Shown piece by piece: positions 17,576 to 26,360 of a stretch of 32,000 nt of DNA (the first letter of the stretch is position 1; every line of letters starts with the position of its first letter). This DNA is from an uncultured archaeon (GTDB taxonomy: Archaea > Asgardarchaeota > Jordiarchaeia > Jordiarchaeales > Jordiarchaeaceae), in the NCBI GenBank assembly GCA_964510585.1, contig CAZECW010000212.1, forward strand, positions 1-32,000, written 5' to 3'. The translations under genes and the position numbers were made by a program. The notes below the pieces were generated by a model. It was not told the origin of the DNA. It was given only the letters and a program-made list of their open reading frames with translations, and did no database searches.

Positions 17576-18022
17576 TTAGTAGCTGCTTCCTTGAATTCCC
17601 AACAAGAGTTCGAGTTCTGTTATGTGTTCCTGCTCCTCCGTAAGGATGTGTCTCACTTCATGTTCAAGCAAGTGGTCGTAGTATCCCTTCCCCTTTTCCT
17701 TCTTGAGGGCTTCAAGGATTCCCCTGTATGTGTCCACTGCTTCTTTCTCGTTTTTCAGGTTCTGTTCAAGGATTCCCTTCACATCCTTAGCAGGATAGGT
17801 GGCCGCTATACCCATACTGGGCACACCGCCAAGTGCTCCAATGAGTGTTCTAAACTTTTCCTGATGTTTCAGCTCATCGCCAGCAATTTCCTTAAGCCTC
17901 GCAATTATGGGCTCAGCGTTAATTCCATCCACAACTTCAGCATGACTTAGATATTGGACGTAGGCAGCATGCTCCAACTCAAGGGCGTGGTTCAATAACT
18001 GTAGAATACTTTCTTTGGTCAT
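17576..18022 (-). CDS. Ferritin-like domain protein (bacterioferritin/rubrerythrin-like di-iron four-helix bundle)
   Basis: ALELEHAA...DELKH...NEKEAV...EEQEH: two E-x(n)-ExxH di-iron halves; GAGGAG SD upstream. Confidence 0.9.
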   Translation of the reverse strand: MTKESILQLLNHALELEHAAYVQYLSHAEVVDGINAEPIIARLKEIAGDELKHQEKFRTLIGALGGVPSMGIAATYPAKDVKGILEQNLKNEKEAVDTYRGILEALKKEKGKGYYDHLLEHEVRHILTEEQEHITELELLLGIQGSSY

Positions 18023-18448
18023 TAATATCTCCTCTTACGCCTCCTCAATTGTGAGAGAAATACTTGCCACGAAACAATATAAACCTTTTGTTGAATGCTC
18101 CTAACACATATGCTGGAGATAGCAGAATTACGCATTATATTAAAATTTTTCAAATCACAAGCTAAAATTGCAAAAATCATCAAAACACCCAAGAAATAAG
18201 TAAGTAAAATTTTGCCGCATAACATTTTGATGCCGGGCTAATTGGAACAAGCCCTATTTCCCAATTTTTGATACTAAACTGGCGAAAGCCCATAAATTAT
18301 CCTGCTTTGAGATGATGCAATTTCTTTTTGGCACCTTTTTTGAGTTCTTCGATTAAGATTAGCTTTTATTTTCTGCTAGCCATAACATATTTATCACTAG
18401 TTGTCTGTGAAGCGATAAGGAGAAAAAAATGAGTGAAATTGCTGAAAA

Positions 18449-20188
18449 TTAGTAGAGAAATCCTGCACCCTTAGATGTTGGTTTGACAATCTTTGAGTAT
18501 ACGTCAAGGACTCCTTTCTTGACCTTGGGCTCTGGAGGCTTCCACTTCTTCAATCTTTCTTTCAATTCTTTTTCTGGAATCTTTAGATCCAGTATGCGGT
18601 TTGGAATGTCTATAGAAATTATGTCGCCATCTCTGACCACCGCTATGGGTCCTCCCTCCATGGCTTCGGGGTCTACATGGCCAATGCAGGGTCCCCTAGT
18701 GGCACCCGAGAATCTACCATCGGTAACTAGCGCGACACTATTTCCGAGACCAGTGCCTATCAGTGCTGCGGTGGGCTTAAGCATCTCCTTCATTCCTGGT
18801 CCGCCCTTCGGCCCCTCATACCTTATCACCACGACTTCTCCAGCGTTTATTTTCTTTCCCATAATTGCTGCCTGAGCATCCTCTTCAGAATCAAAGACTC
18901 GCGCCTTGCCCTCGAACTTCAGCATGTTTTCGTCCACGCCGGCCTGCTTAACCACAGCACCGTTGGGTGCCAGTGTTCCCTTCAGTATTGCGAGTCCTCC
19001 CTCTTTGTGCACTGGATTGTCTTTCGGTCTAATCACATCCCTATTTATCACAACTGCGTCTTTTACGTTTTCTCCAAGGGTTTTTCCAGTAACAGTCAAG
19101 GCGTCTTTGTGAATGCAGTCTTCTAATTCTTTGATAACAGCGGGTATTCCACCAGCCTCATCAAGCTCCTGTACTGTATAGGGTCCGCTGGGATCCATGT
19201 TGCAGAGGTGTGGAGTTTCTTTGCCGATTTTGTCGAATAGTTCTAGTGGCAAATCTATGCCCACCTGTGCGGCAATCGCGGGAAGGTGAAGCACGGTGTT
19301 CGTGGAGCCACCCAGCGCCATATCTACATGGATGGCGTTTTCGAATGCTTCTTGGGTCATTATATCGCGGGGTCGTATGTCTTGCTCTATAAGTTTCATT
19401 ATTTGCATCCCTGACTGCTTAGCTATTCTTAGTCTTCTGGCGTCAACCGCTGGAATTGTAGCGGATCCAGTTAATGACATTCCAAGCGCTTCAGTTAGGC
19501 ACGCCATAGTGTTTGCGGTGTACATGCCCTGGCAGGAGCCGCAGCCCGGAACTACGACTTCGGATATCTCTCTTGTTTGCTTTTCCAGTTGAGGGCTTGG
19601 GCCCAGCAGGATGTTCAGGAATTGCATTTCTAGCGCCCTTCTCCCAGTTATTTTCTGTCCCTGATAACATCCGGGAAGCATGGGTCCACCATTAACCACA
19701 ATCGCGGGGATGTTAAGGTAGCCTGCAGCCATCAGCATTCCTGGAACTATCTTGTCGCAGGAGCCTATTAGAACCATGCCGTCAAGTGAGTGTGCTTCCA
19801 CCATCATTTCCACTGAGGCCGCTATTAAATCCCTGCTCGGGAGGGGATATCTCATGCCCGGGTGCCCCATGGCAATGCCGTCACAGATTGCAATGGTGTG
19901 GAACTGGAGTGGTGTGCCCCCGGCCATTCTCACCCCTGCTTCAACCGCGTCAGCTACAGTATTAAGGTGTACGTGTCCGGGCACTATGTTAGTCCAGCTG
20001 TTTACGACTGCCACCAGTGGTCTGTCGAGTTCCTCCTCAGTGAATCCGCAGGCCTTCAATAGGGTACGTGCCATGAAACCTTCAATTTGACCATAAACCT
20101 TCCTACTTCTCAATTCAGAAGACATAAAATCAACCACCTTCTCCAAAACATCTTGGACAATTATTAGACATTTACTAAAATGAAACAT
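18449..20188 (-). CDS. ilvD: Dihydroxy-acid dehydratase (true start probably ATG 20125)
   Basis: [63 protein letters not shown]. Confidence 0.93.
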   Translation of the reverse strand: MFHFSKCLIIVQDVLEKVVDFMSSELRSRKVYGQIEGFMARTLLKACGFTEEELDRPLVAVVNSWTNIVPGHVHLNTVADAVEAGVRMAGGTPLQFHTIAICDGIAMGHPGMRYPLPSRDLIAASVEMMVEAHSLDGMVLIGSCDKIVPGMLMAAGYLNIPAIVVNGGPMLPGCYQGQKITGRRALEMQFLNILLGPSPQLEKQTREISEVVVPGCGSCQGMYTANTMACLTEALGMSLTGSATIPAVDARRLRIAKQSGMQIMKLIEQDIRPRDIMTQEAFENAIHVDMALGGSTNTVLHLPAIAAQVGIDLPLELFDKIGKETPHLCNMDPSGPYTVQELDEAGGIPAVIKELEDCIHKDALTVTGKTLGENVKDAVVINRDVIRPKDNPVHKEGGLAILKGTLAPNGAVVKQAGVDENMLKFEGKARVFDSEEDAQAAIMGKKINAGEVVVIRYEGPKGGPGMKEMLKPTAALIGTGLGNSVALVTDGRFSGATRGPCIGHVDPEAMEGGPIAVVRDGDIISIDIPNRILDLKIPEKELKERLKKWKPPEPKVKKGVLDVYSKIVKPTSKGAGFLY

Positions 20189-20446
20189 AACTAAAAAGTT
20201 TCCTATTCCTAAAAATCAAGGCAAGTTGGTTTCTGCACTCTTGAGATTAACTTCCTGTTCATCGACTTCGGATTTTAATAGTTCTGTTGGAGGAACCTTC
20301 GTGATGTATGTTTCTAATTTCTTACTGTCCCTAAATTCAACTAGAATGTGGATTATAAGGGAGCAAATTTAACTTTGGCAGAATTTAAATTAAGATTATA
20401 TGTAAATAAGATGAGGGGATGGGTGGGATTTATGTGTGTTTCTTTT

Positions 20447-22315
20447 CTATTTGCCTTTTTGGGCGTTTTCTAGTTTTTTTAGCTCGTCTTTGAGGCCCAG
20501 CTCTATTAGTTTTTGTTTTGTGGGTATGCCTGTTTTTTTGTCCCAGCCTCTCTCATTGTAGTACTCGTCAAGCATTTCTTCAACCATTTCCCTCGTTATT
20601 TCTCCTTTGCCGGTGTATTCCATGAATCGGGGTTCGGTGAACCACTGTTCTGGGGGTTTGTCCCGGGTTGTGAAGCCTTCTCTGACGTTTGCGATTTTTA
20701 ATAGGTTGTATATTCTTTCACCTGCTTTGAGCATTTCCTCTTTGGTTTTTTCTATTCCAGTTGCGGCTGCATATAGTTCGGGGTAGAGGTCTGCGTAGTA
20801 GAAGCGGTTTATCTGTGCTCTGGCGCATATTCCTAGGGCCGCCATTACCATGAAGTTGTCGTGGGCGTATTTTAGCAGTATGCCAACCTTTAATTCCTTT
20901 AGTTGAGGTAATATTTTTTCTATGGTTTCGTCTGGGACTCCTATTTTGTTTAGTAGTTTGGGGAATTTGTCTAGAGGCCTCTGAGCAAAGTATGTGGGTG
21001 AGCCTCCTGTGGCGGCGTGTGGGCCTCTGGGGTCTATGATTTGCCCCAGTTCCATGGTGCCCATGTACTGCCAGGGTAGGGGTCCCTTTGGATTTATGTA
21101 TGTGACCATCCCCCTACTGGTTGGAGGTGCTAATTCTCGGGCTTCCTCGCCATACTCTTTTACTATTCCCTCTACTCCTTCAGCCAGAAGGTCTCCTAGT
21201 CCTTCTCGGTATGCTACCTTTTTTATCCATTTTTCCAGGTTCTGGTAGTCGTAAATAATTTTGGAGTCTGGATAGTCTCCCAGTAGATTTTTCTCGACGA
21301 GTTTTTTTGCGAGGTCCAGTGTTCCGAAGAATTCAAAAATGTCCATTCCGTAGTCATCTAGATAGGAGGTGAGCTTCACATACTCCTGGTAGTCGGATAT
21401 TCCGTAGAGCATTGGAAGGATAAGGTTAACCGTGGAAGATGTGATTTTTGTGAAGCCCTTAAATTTTCCCTCCCGGAGTTGCAGGTAGTCTTTATCCCCT
21501 ATGGGGCATCCTATGCAGGCCATCCTTGCTTTAAAGAGTTTTTCCAAGTACAGGTTTTTGTCTATGTAGGGGAGGCTCATTATGAGCCCCAGTTTTTGCC
21601 ATTCTTTTAGCTGGTCATATTTTCGAATTCTCTCATAGAGTCCATCGCACACCTTCTTGAACCTCTTTTTATTGGAAACCCTTACTCCCTTCCTGCCCCT
21701 TACTATTACGGCTTTGAGTTTCTTTGAACCAAAAACTGCAGCCACTCCCCCTCTCCCAAAGGTGGATGCCCTATCAACCATAGCTATGGAATACTTTACC
21801 AAGTTTTCTCCTGCCTGGCCAATTGCAATAACGCCCAAAGGCCTACCATACTTATCATATAATGTGTCTGTGGCTTCGTCTATGCCTTTTCCCCAGAGGG
21901 ATTTTGCATCGCAGAATTCAACCTCGTCATCAAAAACCTTCAAGTACACTGGTTTATCCGATTTACCACTAATGACTATGTGATCGTAACCGGCGCATTT
22001 TTGCATACAGGCAAAATGCATTCCTCCACCGCCACACCACCCAATGGCATTGTTTATGGGCAGTTTGGTTGTGGCGAAAATTCTAGTTGCTCCTGGAGCA
22101 TAGGTACCCACCAGGACTCCTGCCCCAAGTATTATCAGATTCTCCGGAGATAGGGGATCAACTCCAGGCTTCATCAGATCGTATGCCAGTTTAATGTTGA
22201 CTCCTAATCCACCGATAAATCTTTCAGCAGTATCCAGGTTTAGGTCTTCTTTTTCCACTATGCCCTCGGACAGGTCTACATGTAGGATTTTTCCAGCGTA
22301 TCCTCCAGTTTCCAC
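20447..22315 (-). CDS. Aldehyde:ferredoxin oxidoreductase family protein (tungstopterin), atypical
   Basis: GYAGKILHVDLS, FIGGLG, IGQAGENLV, GRGGVAAVFGSKKLKAV, DDYGMD pterin-binding motif, YYNERGWDKKTGIP. Confidence 0.92.
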   Translation of the reverse strand: METGGYAGKILHVDLSEGIVEKEDLNLDTAERFIGGLGVNIKLAYDLMKPGVDPLSPENLIILGAGVLVGTYAPGATRIFATTKLPINNAIGWCGGGGMHFACMQKCAGYDHIVISGKSDKPVYLKVFDDEVEFCDAKSLWGKGIDEATDTLYDKYGRPLGVIAIGQAGENLVKYSIAMVDRASTFGRGGVAAVFGSKKLKAVIVRGRKGVRVSNKKRFKKVCDGLYERIRKYDQLKEWQKLGLIMSLPYIDKNLYLEKLFKARMACIGCPIGDKDYLQLREGKFKGFTKITSSTVNLILPMLYGISDYQEYVKLTSYLDDYGMDIFEFFGTLDLAKKLVEKNLLGDYPDSKIIYDYQNLEKWIKKVAYREGLGDLLAEGVEGIVKEYGEEARELAPPTSRGMVTYINPKGPLPWQYMGTMELGQIIDPRGPHAATGGSPTYFAQRPLDKFPKLLNKIGVPDETIEKILPQLKELKVGILLKYAHDNFMVMAALGICARAQINRFYYADLYPELYAAATGIEKTKEEMLKAGERIYNLLKIANVREGFTTRDKPPEQWFTEPRFMEYTGKGEITREMVEEMLDEYYNERGWDKKTGIPTKQKLIELGLKDELKKLENAQKGK

Positions 22316-22621
22316 TCAATCACCCTCCTCAATTTTTTCCAATGCTCCGTAGAAACAGTATTCAGCACATATTCCACAGTCTGTACACTCATCGGTGAAA
22401 ACTATTTTAGAGCCCTCAGGAGACCACTCAACAATTATTCTCGCCTCCAGGGGGTTAAATCTATCAGTATAAGTAAAAGAACACGCAAGCTGACACGTTA
22501 AACATCCCACACAATTTTCGGGGCGGACCCTTACCTTTTTCGATTCAACCATTAAATCATTTCCCAACCTTTTTCTAAACAGGATATACACCATATTCTT
22601 AAACTTTAGCACTAAAACCAA
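22316..22621 (-). CDS. 4Fe-4S dicluster ferredoxin associated with the AOR (true start probably ATG 22552)
   Basis: CVGCLTCQLAC and CTDCGICAEYC; its stop abuts the AOR GTG start. Confidence 0.92.
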   Translation of the reverse strand: MVLVLKFKNMVYILFRKRLGNDLMVESKKVRVRPENCVGCLTCQLACSFTYTDRFNPLEARIIVEWSPEGSKIVFTDECTDCGICAEYCFYGALEKIEEGD

Positions 22622-22751
22622 GCCAAAAATTCGACTTCAAATTGAACTGTAAGACGAAAAAAGAATTGGGGGTTTAAGAAATCTTAATTAGACAACACTC
22701 TGTCCATTGACGCCTCTTGGATTTGTTGAACTGCCGCGAATTATTGGTGGA

Positions 22752-23270
22752 TTATTTTCTTTTATATTTACCCATGAGAACTGCTTCCGCTATTTTGTTT
22801 TCCTCCACCTTCTTGTAGAAGCTCCTTTTATCGTTTACACCCTCCAGTTTATCAACCTTAAGAGCGTAGAGCTTAAAGAAGTATCGATGTGTTCCACTGG
22901 GCGGGCAGGGCCCACCATACTCAACTTTTCCAAAATCGTTTTTAACTTGTCTAGCATTTCTAGGCAGGCCATTTCTGGGAATACTTTTTACATTTGGCGG
23001 GATATCGCATACCAGCCAGTGAACCCATGTTCCCACGGGTGCGTCTGGATCGTCCACAATTAATGCGAAACTCTTGGTTTCCTTGGGTGCCTCACTCCAC
23101 TCCAAGTGCGGTGAAATATCTGGGCCGTCACAAGTAAACTGGGAGGGTATCATACCCTCATGTTGGAAATCCTTACTCCATAACTTCATAGCCCCAACTC
23201 CAATAATTTGATTATCATATTGGAGCTTTAAGGTTAAAGAGTTTTCGCAAATTTTTTCAACTATTTCCAA
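22752..23270 (-). CDS. YbhB/YbcL family PEBP (Raf kinase inhibitor-like) protein (true start probably ATG 23189)
   Basis: CDGPDISPHLEW, ALIVDDPDAP, WVHW, YGGPCPPSGTHRYFFKLYAL. Confidence 0.93.
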   Translation of the reverse strand: MEIVEKICENSLTLKLQYDNQIIGVGAMKLWSKDFQHEGMIPSQFTCDGPDISPHLEWSEAPKETKSFALIVDDPDAPVGTWVHWLVCDIPPNVKSIPRNGLPRNARQVKNDFGKVEYGGPCPPSGTHRYFFKLYALKVDKLEGVNDKRSFYKKVEENKIAEAVLMGKYKRK

Positions 23271-23367
23271 CCAGCTCTGCCAAATAAATCTTCATTTAAA
23301 AATAATATGCGAAGGATAGATGGAAAAAATAAAAGAGGGGTTACCCTTCTCGCAAGGTTTTCTATGT

Positions 23368-24087
23368 TTATTTTAGTTTTCTATGGCCAACCTTGTAGAG
23401 TACTGCGCCAATTAGAGCAGCCAATCCGCCTACGAACGCGTTTTCAGGAGGACTGAAATTGAGCATAACCAAGATTGCAAGAATAACGACCAGAATTAGA
23501 ACCATGTTCGCCCTCTCCAAAAGTTTCTGGGATCCTAAGGCCATTGAGAGTGAGAAAATTATTATCGAAGCTATAAAACTCAAGATTACGAACCAAAAGT
23601 CCAATGCGTTAGGCGCAAGAAGATCACCTATTCTTGTACTGGGAAGAAGGTCAAAGACATTTATAATTATGCCTAAAAGACCGCCCAGAAACATCAATAG
23701 TCTACCTGCTCTCATCTGTTTCTGAGAAGGTTCAATTTCCTCTGCCAACACGTAGGGCAAAACAACATAGAAAAGCGCTGCTAGAACAACTACTGCAACA
23801 ATAATGGCTATGGTTGTGAACGTTAAAAACCCCCAGAAATAGCCAGATGAGGGCTGTATAGTGTACCAAAGATACCCAAGCGCTGCTGTGAAACCATAAT
23901 TGGTGGAGAGGTAAACTAGTGTAACAATTGTTTCAAAGGAAAACTCCTTTGGCAGCTGAGGTCCTACAATCCAAGTTATGAGAGCTCCAAAAGCACTAAG
24001 TATCAAGATTATCAGTGCAACTGTTAGGATGATTCTCTTCCTAGACTTTTTAACATCTTCCATAAAAGGCAACTTCCATTTATTCAC
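23368..24087 (-). CDS. Hypothetical multi-pass membrane protein (paralog of 24268..24606 with extra C-terminal helices)
   Basis: About 6-7 hydrophobic segments; shares the GPQxPK..SFE..VTLxYLST..YLWY..QPS motif with its neighbour. Confidence 0.75.
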   Translation of the reverse strand: MNKWKLPFMEDVKKSRKRIILTVALIILILSAFGALITWIVGPQLPKEFSFETIVTLVYLSTNYGFTAALGYLWYTIQPSSGYFWGFLTFTTIAIIVAVVVLAALFYVVLPYVLAEEIEPSQKQMRAGRLLMFLGGLLGIIINVFDLLPSTRIGDLLAPNALDFWFVILSFIASIIIFSLSMALGSQKLLERANMVLILVVILAILVMLNFSPPENAFVGGLAALIGAVLYKVGHRKLK

Positions 24088-24267
24088 TCCAAGAATTTAC
24101 GACAGTTCAAATCTTCAGCTTTATTTTGACATCCACTTCTAGTCCCCAAATGTGGAAGCTTCCAAACGGGCTCCACACGCATTTGGAGTGAGGGAAATTA
24201 AACTTCCTATTTATTAAATTTTTCTAAAAAATGTTGGGAACGAAAAAAGTGCATAAAGGGTTTGAAC

Positions 24268-24606
24268 CTACTTCTTTATTTTTTCCAATTCCCTTCTCTC
24301 TGCTTCCCATATGGGGAAAACATAGTAAAACAAGAATGCAAGAACAACAAGCGCTATCACCATGGCAACTAGTAAACCCCAAACCCATCCAAAAGAGGGC
24401 TGCGAACTGTACCAAAGATATGCAAACGCCACCAAGGGACTAAACTCCGTCGAAAGATAATTTAAAGTAACCAGCAATTCAAAGCTCAGCTTTGGCATCT
24501 GAGGTCCCATAAGCCACATCACAACAACTACAGTAGGAATAGCTATTAGAAACGCTCCCACCACCAGTAAAAGTATCCTCGTCCTACCCTTCATTAAACC
24601 TTCCAT
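24268..24606 (-). CDS. Hypothetical small membrane protein (paralog of the N-terminal half of 23368..24087)
   Basis: 2-3 hydrophobic segments, charged C-terminal tail, GGAGG SD before the ATG, shared motif with its neighbour. Confidence 0.75.
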   Translation of the reverse strand: MEGLMKGRTRILLLVVGAFLIAIPTVVVVMWLMGPQMPKLSFELLVTLNYLSTEFSPLVAFAYLWYSSQPSFGWVWGLLVAMVIALVVLAFLFYYVFPIWEAERRELEKIKK

Positions 24607-24758
24607 TTAGCTTCCTCCATACACAAATTTTTGGATAAATCATCATTATATCCTTTTTAAAATTTATTCTCATATTTTTTTACAGTGAAACTTCTTTTCG
24701 AGTTTGTATTTAAAAAACGGAGTTTTTTCTTCTCATTAATTCTTCCTACAAGCACCTG

Positions 24759-25949
24759 CTAATCCATTACTGCTGCCACCACCATATCTGATAGTCTCTG
24801 ATGACGCATGATGCTGTGTCCCTCTTCTAGGAGACCCGCTGAAAGGAAAACATAGGTAAGGTCCCGTGAAGGATCAACCCAGAACACTGTTGAACCCGCT
24901 CCCAATCCTCCAAAAGTAGCTGGAGATGTGGTTAGCCCTAGGGGAGTGGGAAATATGCCCTCTCCTCTGATGAAGAAGCTGAGTCCCAGGTTGGCGGGGA
25001 AAACCGGCCACCCGTACATCTCGCGACAATAGTCAAAGAGGTGATTTGGAAGATCACCGGTATGGATAGTGGTAGCATACTTAACCATGTCCGGAGATAG
25101 GAGTCTGACCCTGTTCAGGGTTCCGCCCCGCCTGAGCATTTCTGAGAAGCGGAAAATGTCAAGGACCGTGGATACCGCCCCACCTGCTGGGAGCTCTGTC
25201 TCCTCGGTGGCAAGGAAGTTTAAGGACTCCAAGAGTAATGGGTCGAAGAGTCCAGGTGTTTTATCCCTCACCTTAACGGGTACGATGCGGCTTTTGAGCC
25301 GCTCCGGTAGTCCGAGAGCAGTGTCCTTCATCCCTAAGGGCTCGAAAACATCCTCTCTAAGGATTTGTCTGAATGGGCGTTTCCTTTCATCTAAACGCTG
25401 GACAATTGCTCCCAAGAGGGAAAACGCCGCTATGGCATTGTAGGAAACCATCCGTCCGGGGAGGACGAGTAAGCGTTCATTACTCATGGCGGCGGTGACT
25501 GCTTCAATATTTCCCACTTGGTCGATGGGTAGCCCGAAGGGAAGTTCGGTGTTTAAGCCGCTGGTGTGGGTGAGTATGTGGCCTATGGTGACCTTCTGCT
25601 TGCCCTTTATACCAAACTCTGGAATGACCTCACAGATGGGTGTGTTGAGGGTGAATTTTCCCTGCTCAATATCCATGAGAACCTTTGTTGTGGTTAACTG
25701 CTTGGTGATGGACATGATGAAGAATACGTCGTCGACTTTTGCTTGGCGATTTTTCTCTAAGTCCGTTTTTCCAACCGCCTCGTACATGGCTATCTTGCCA
25801 TGACGCGCTACGATAAAGGCGGCTCCATCATAAATGCCTTCCTCAGTGTCCTTCTCAATTGTCCGCTTCAACCGATTGAGGCGTTCCGGGTCTAGGCCCA
25901 CTTTTTGGGCAGGTACCACTTCGCTGGAAAAATCTTCTTTATTATCCAT
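24759..25949 (-). CDS. Serine hydrolase, beta-lactamase class C / family VIII esterase-like
   Basis: FFIMSITK (SxxK), HILTHTSG, SYN Tyr motif, VFEPLGMKDT, PAGGAVST, GSTVFWVDP. Confidence 0.9.
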   Translation of the reverse strand: MDNKEDFSSEVVPAQKVGLDPERLNRLKRTIEKDTEEGIYDGAAFIVARHGKIAMYEAVGKTDLEKNRQAKVDDVFFIMSITKQLTTTKVLMDIEQGKFTLNTPICEVIPEFGIKGKQKVTIGHILTHTSGLNTELPFGLPIDQVGNIEAVTAAMSNERLLVLPGRMVSYNAIAAFSLLGAIVQRLDERKRPFRQILREDVFEPLGMKDTALGLPERLKSRIVPVKVRDKTPGLFDPLLLESLNFLATEETELPAGGAVSTVLDIFRFSEMLRRGGTLNRVRLLSPDMVKYATTIHTGDLPNHLFDYCREMYGWPVFPANLGLSFFIRGEGIFPTPLGLTTSPATFGGLGAGSTVFWVDPSRDLTYVFLSAGLLEEGHSIMRHQRLSDMVVAAVMD

Positions 25950-26225
25950 AAAAGCCCTCCAAACTAATATTTAAAAACCCTCAAACCCAAAAAAATGGAT
26001 TTTTAAAATCTAGTTAATAACGTATCTAATAAACTTTATGTTCAATCATTTGGCAGCACAATCCTCCACTGTGGCTACCTCTTTAACCCCTCTTTTTAAG
26101 GCGTGAAAATAATTTTTTATCAAATAATATGCACTGATTTAGGGTGCTTCATAATTTTCATTTCAGCCACAAGTTGCCCACAATAGGTGAAACCATAGTT
26201 AATAATACCAATTGTTATTAAATAG

Positions 26226-26241
26226 CACAACACATTTGTGT
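26226..26241. promoter_or_regulatory. Inverted-repeat regulator site candidate in the esterase / ilvD2 divergent intergenic region
   Basis: CACAA-cacat-TTGTG (26226-26240) with nested ACACA-tt-TGTGT (26230-26241); further CACAA half-sites nearby. Confidence 0.35.
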
Positions 26242-26360
26242 ATAGAATATGAAGGTGTATTAAAAATCACTTAACCTTTGTTTGTATGGACAATTTATGA
26301 AGATGTTTTTGTAGCAATGATTGTGTTTGGCTGAAAACATAGTTTGATAGGTGAGGGTTT

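Noticed and set aside
18022-18225. 67-aa ORF upstream of the ferritin-like gene
   Set aside because: It covers the ferritin gene's SD and promoter region, has no motif, and is probably spurious.
24146-24186. 12-bp palindrome TGGAAGCTTCCA (24153-24164) within a longer imperfect hairpin between the membrane paralogs
   Set aside because: One copy only; could be a terminator or operator but cannot be distinguished from chance.
23368-24606. Potassium-channel pore loop in the membrane paralogs
   Set aside because: The SFE..VTL segment is superficially similar, but the TxGYG selectivity filter is absent.
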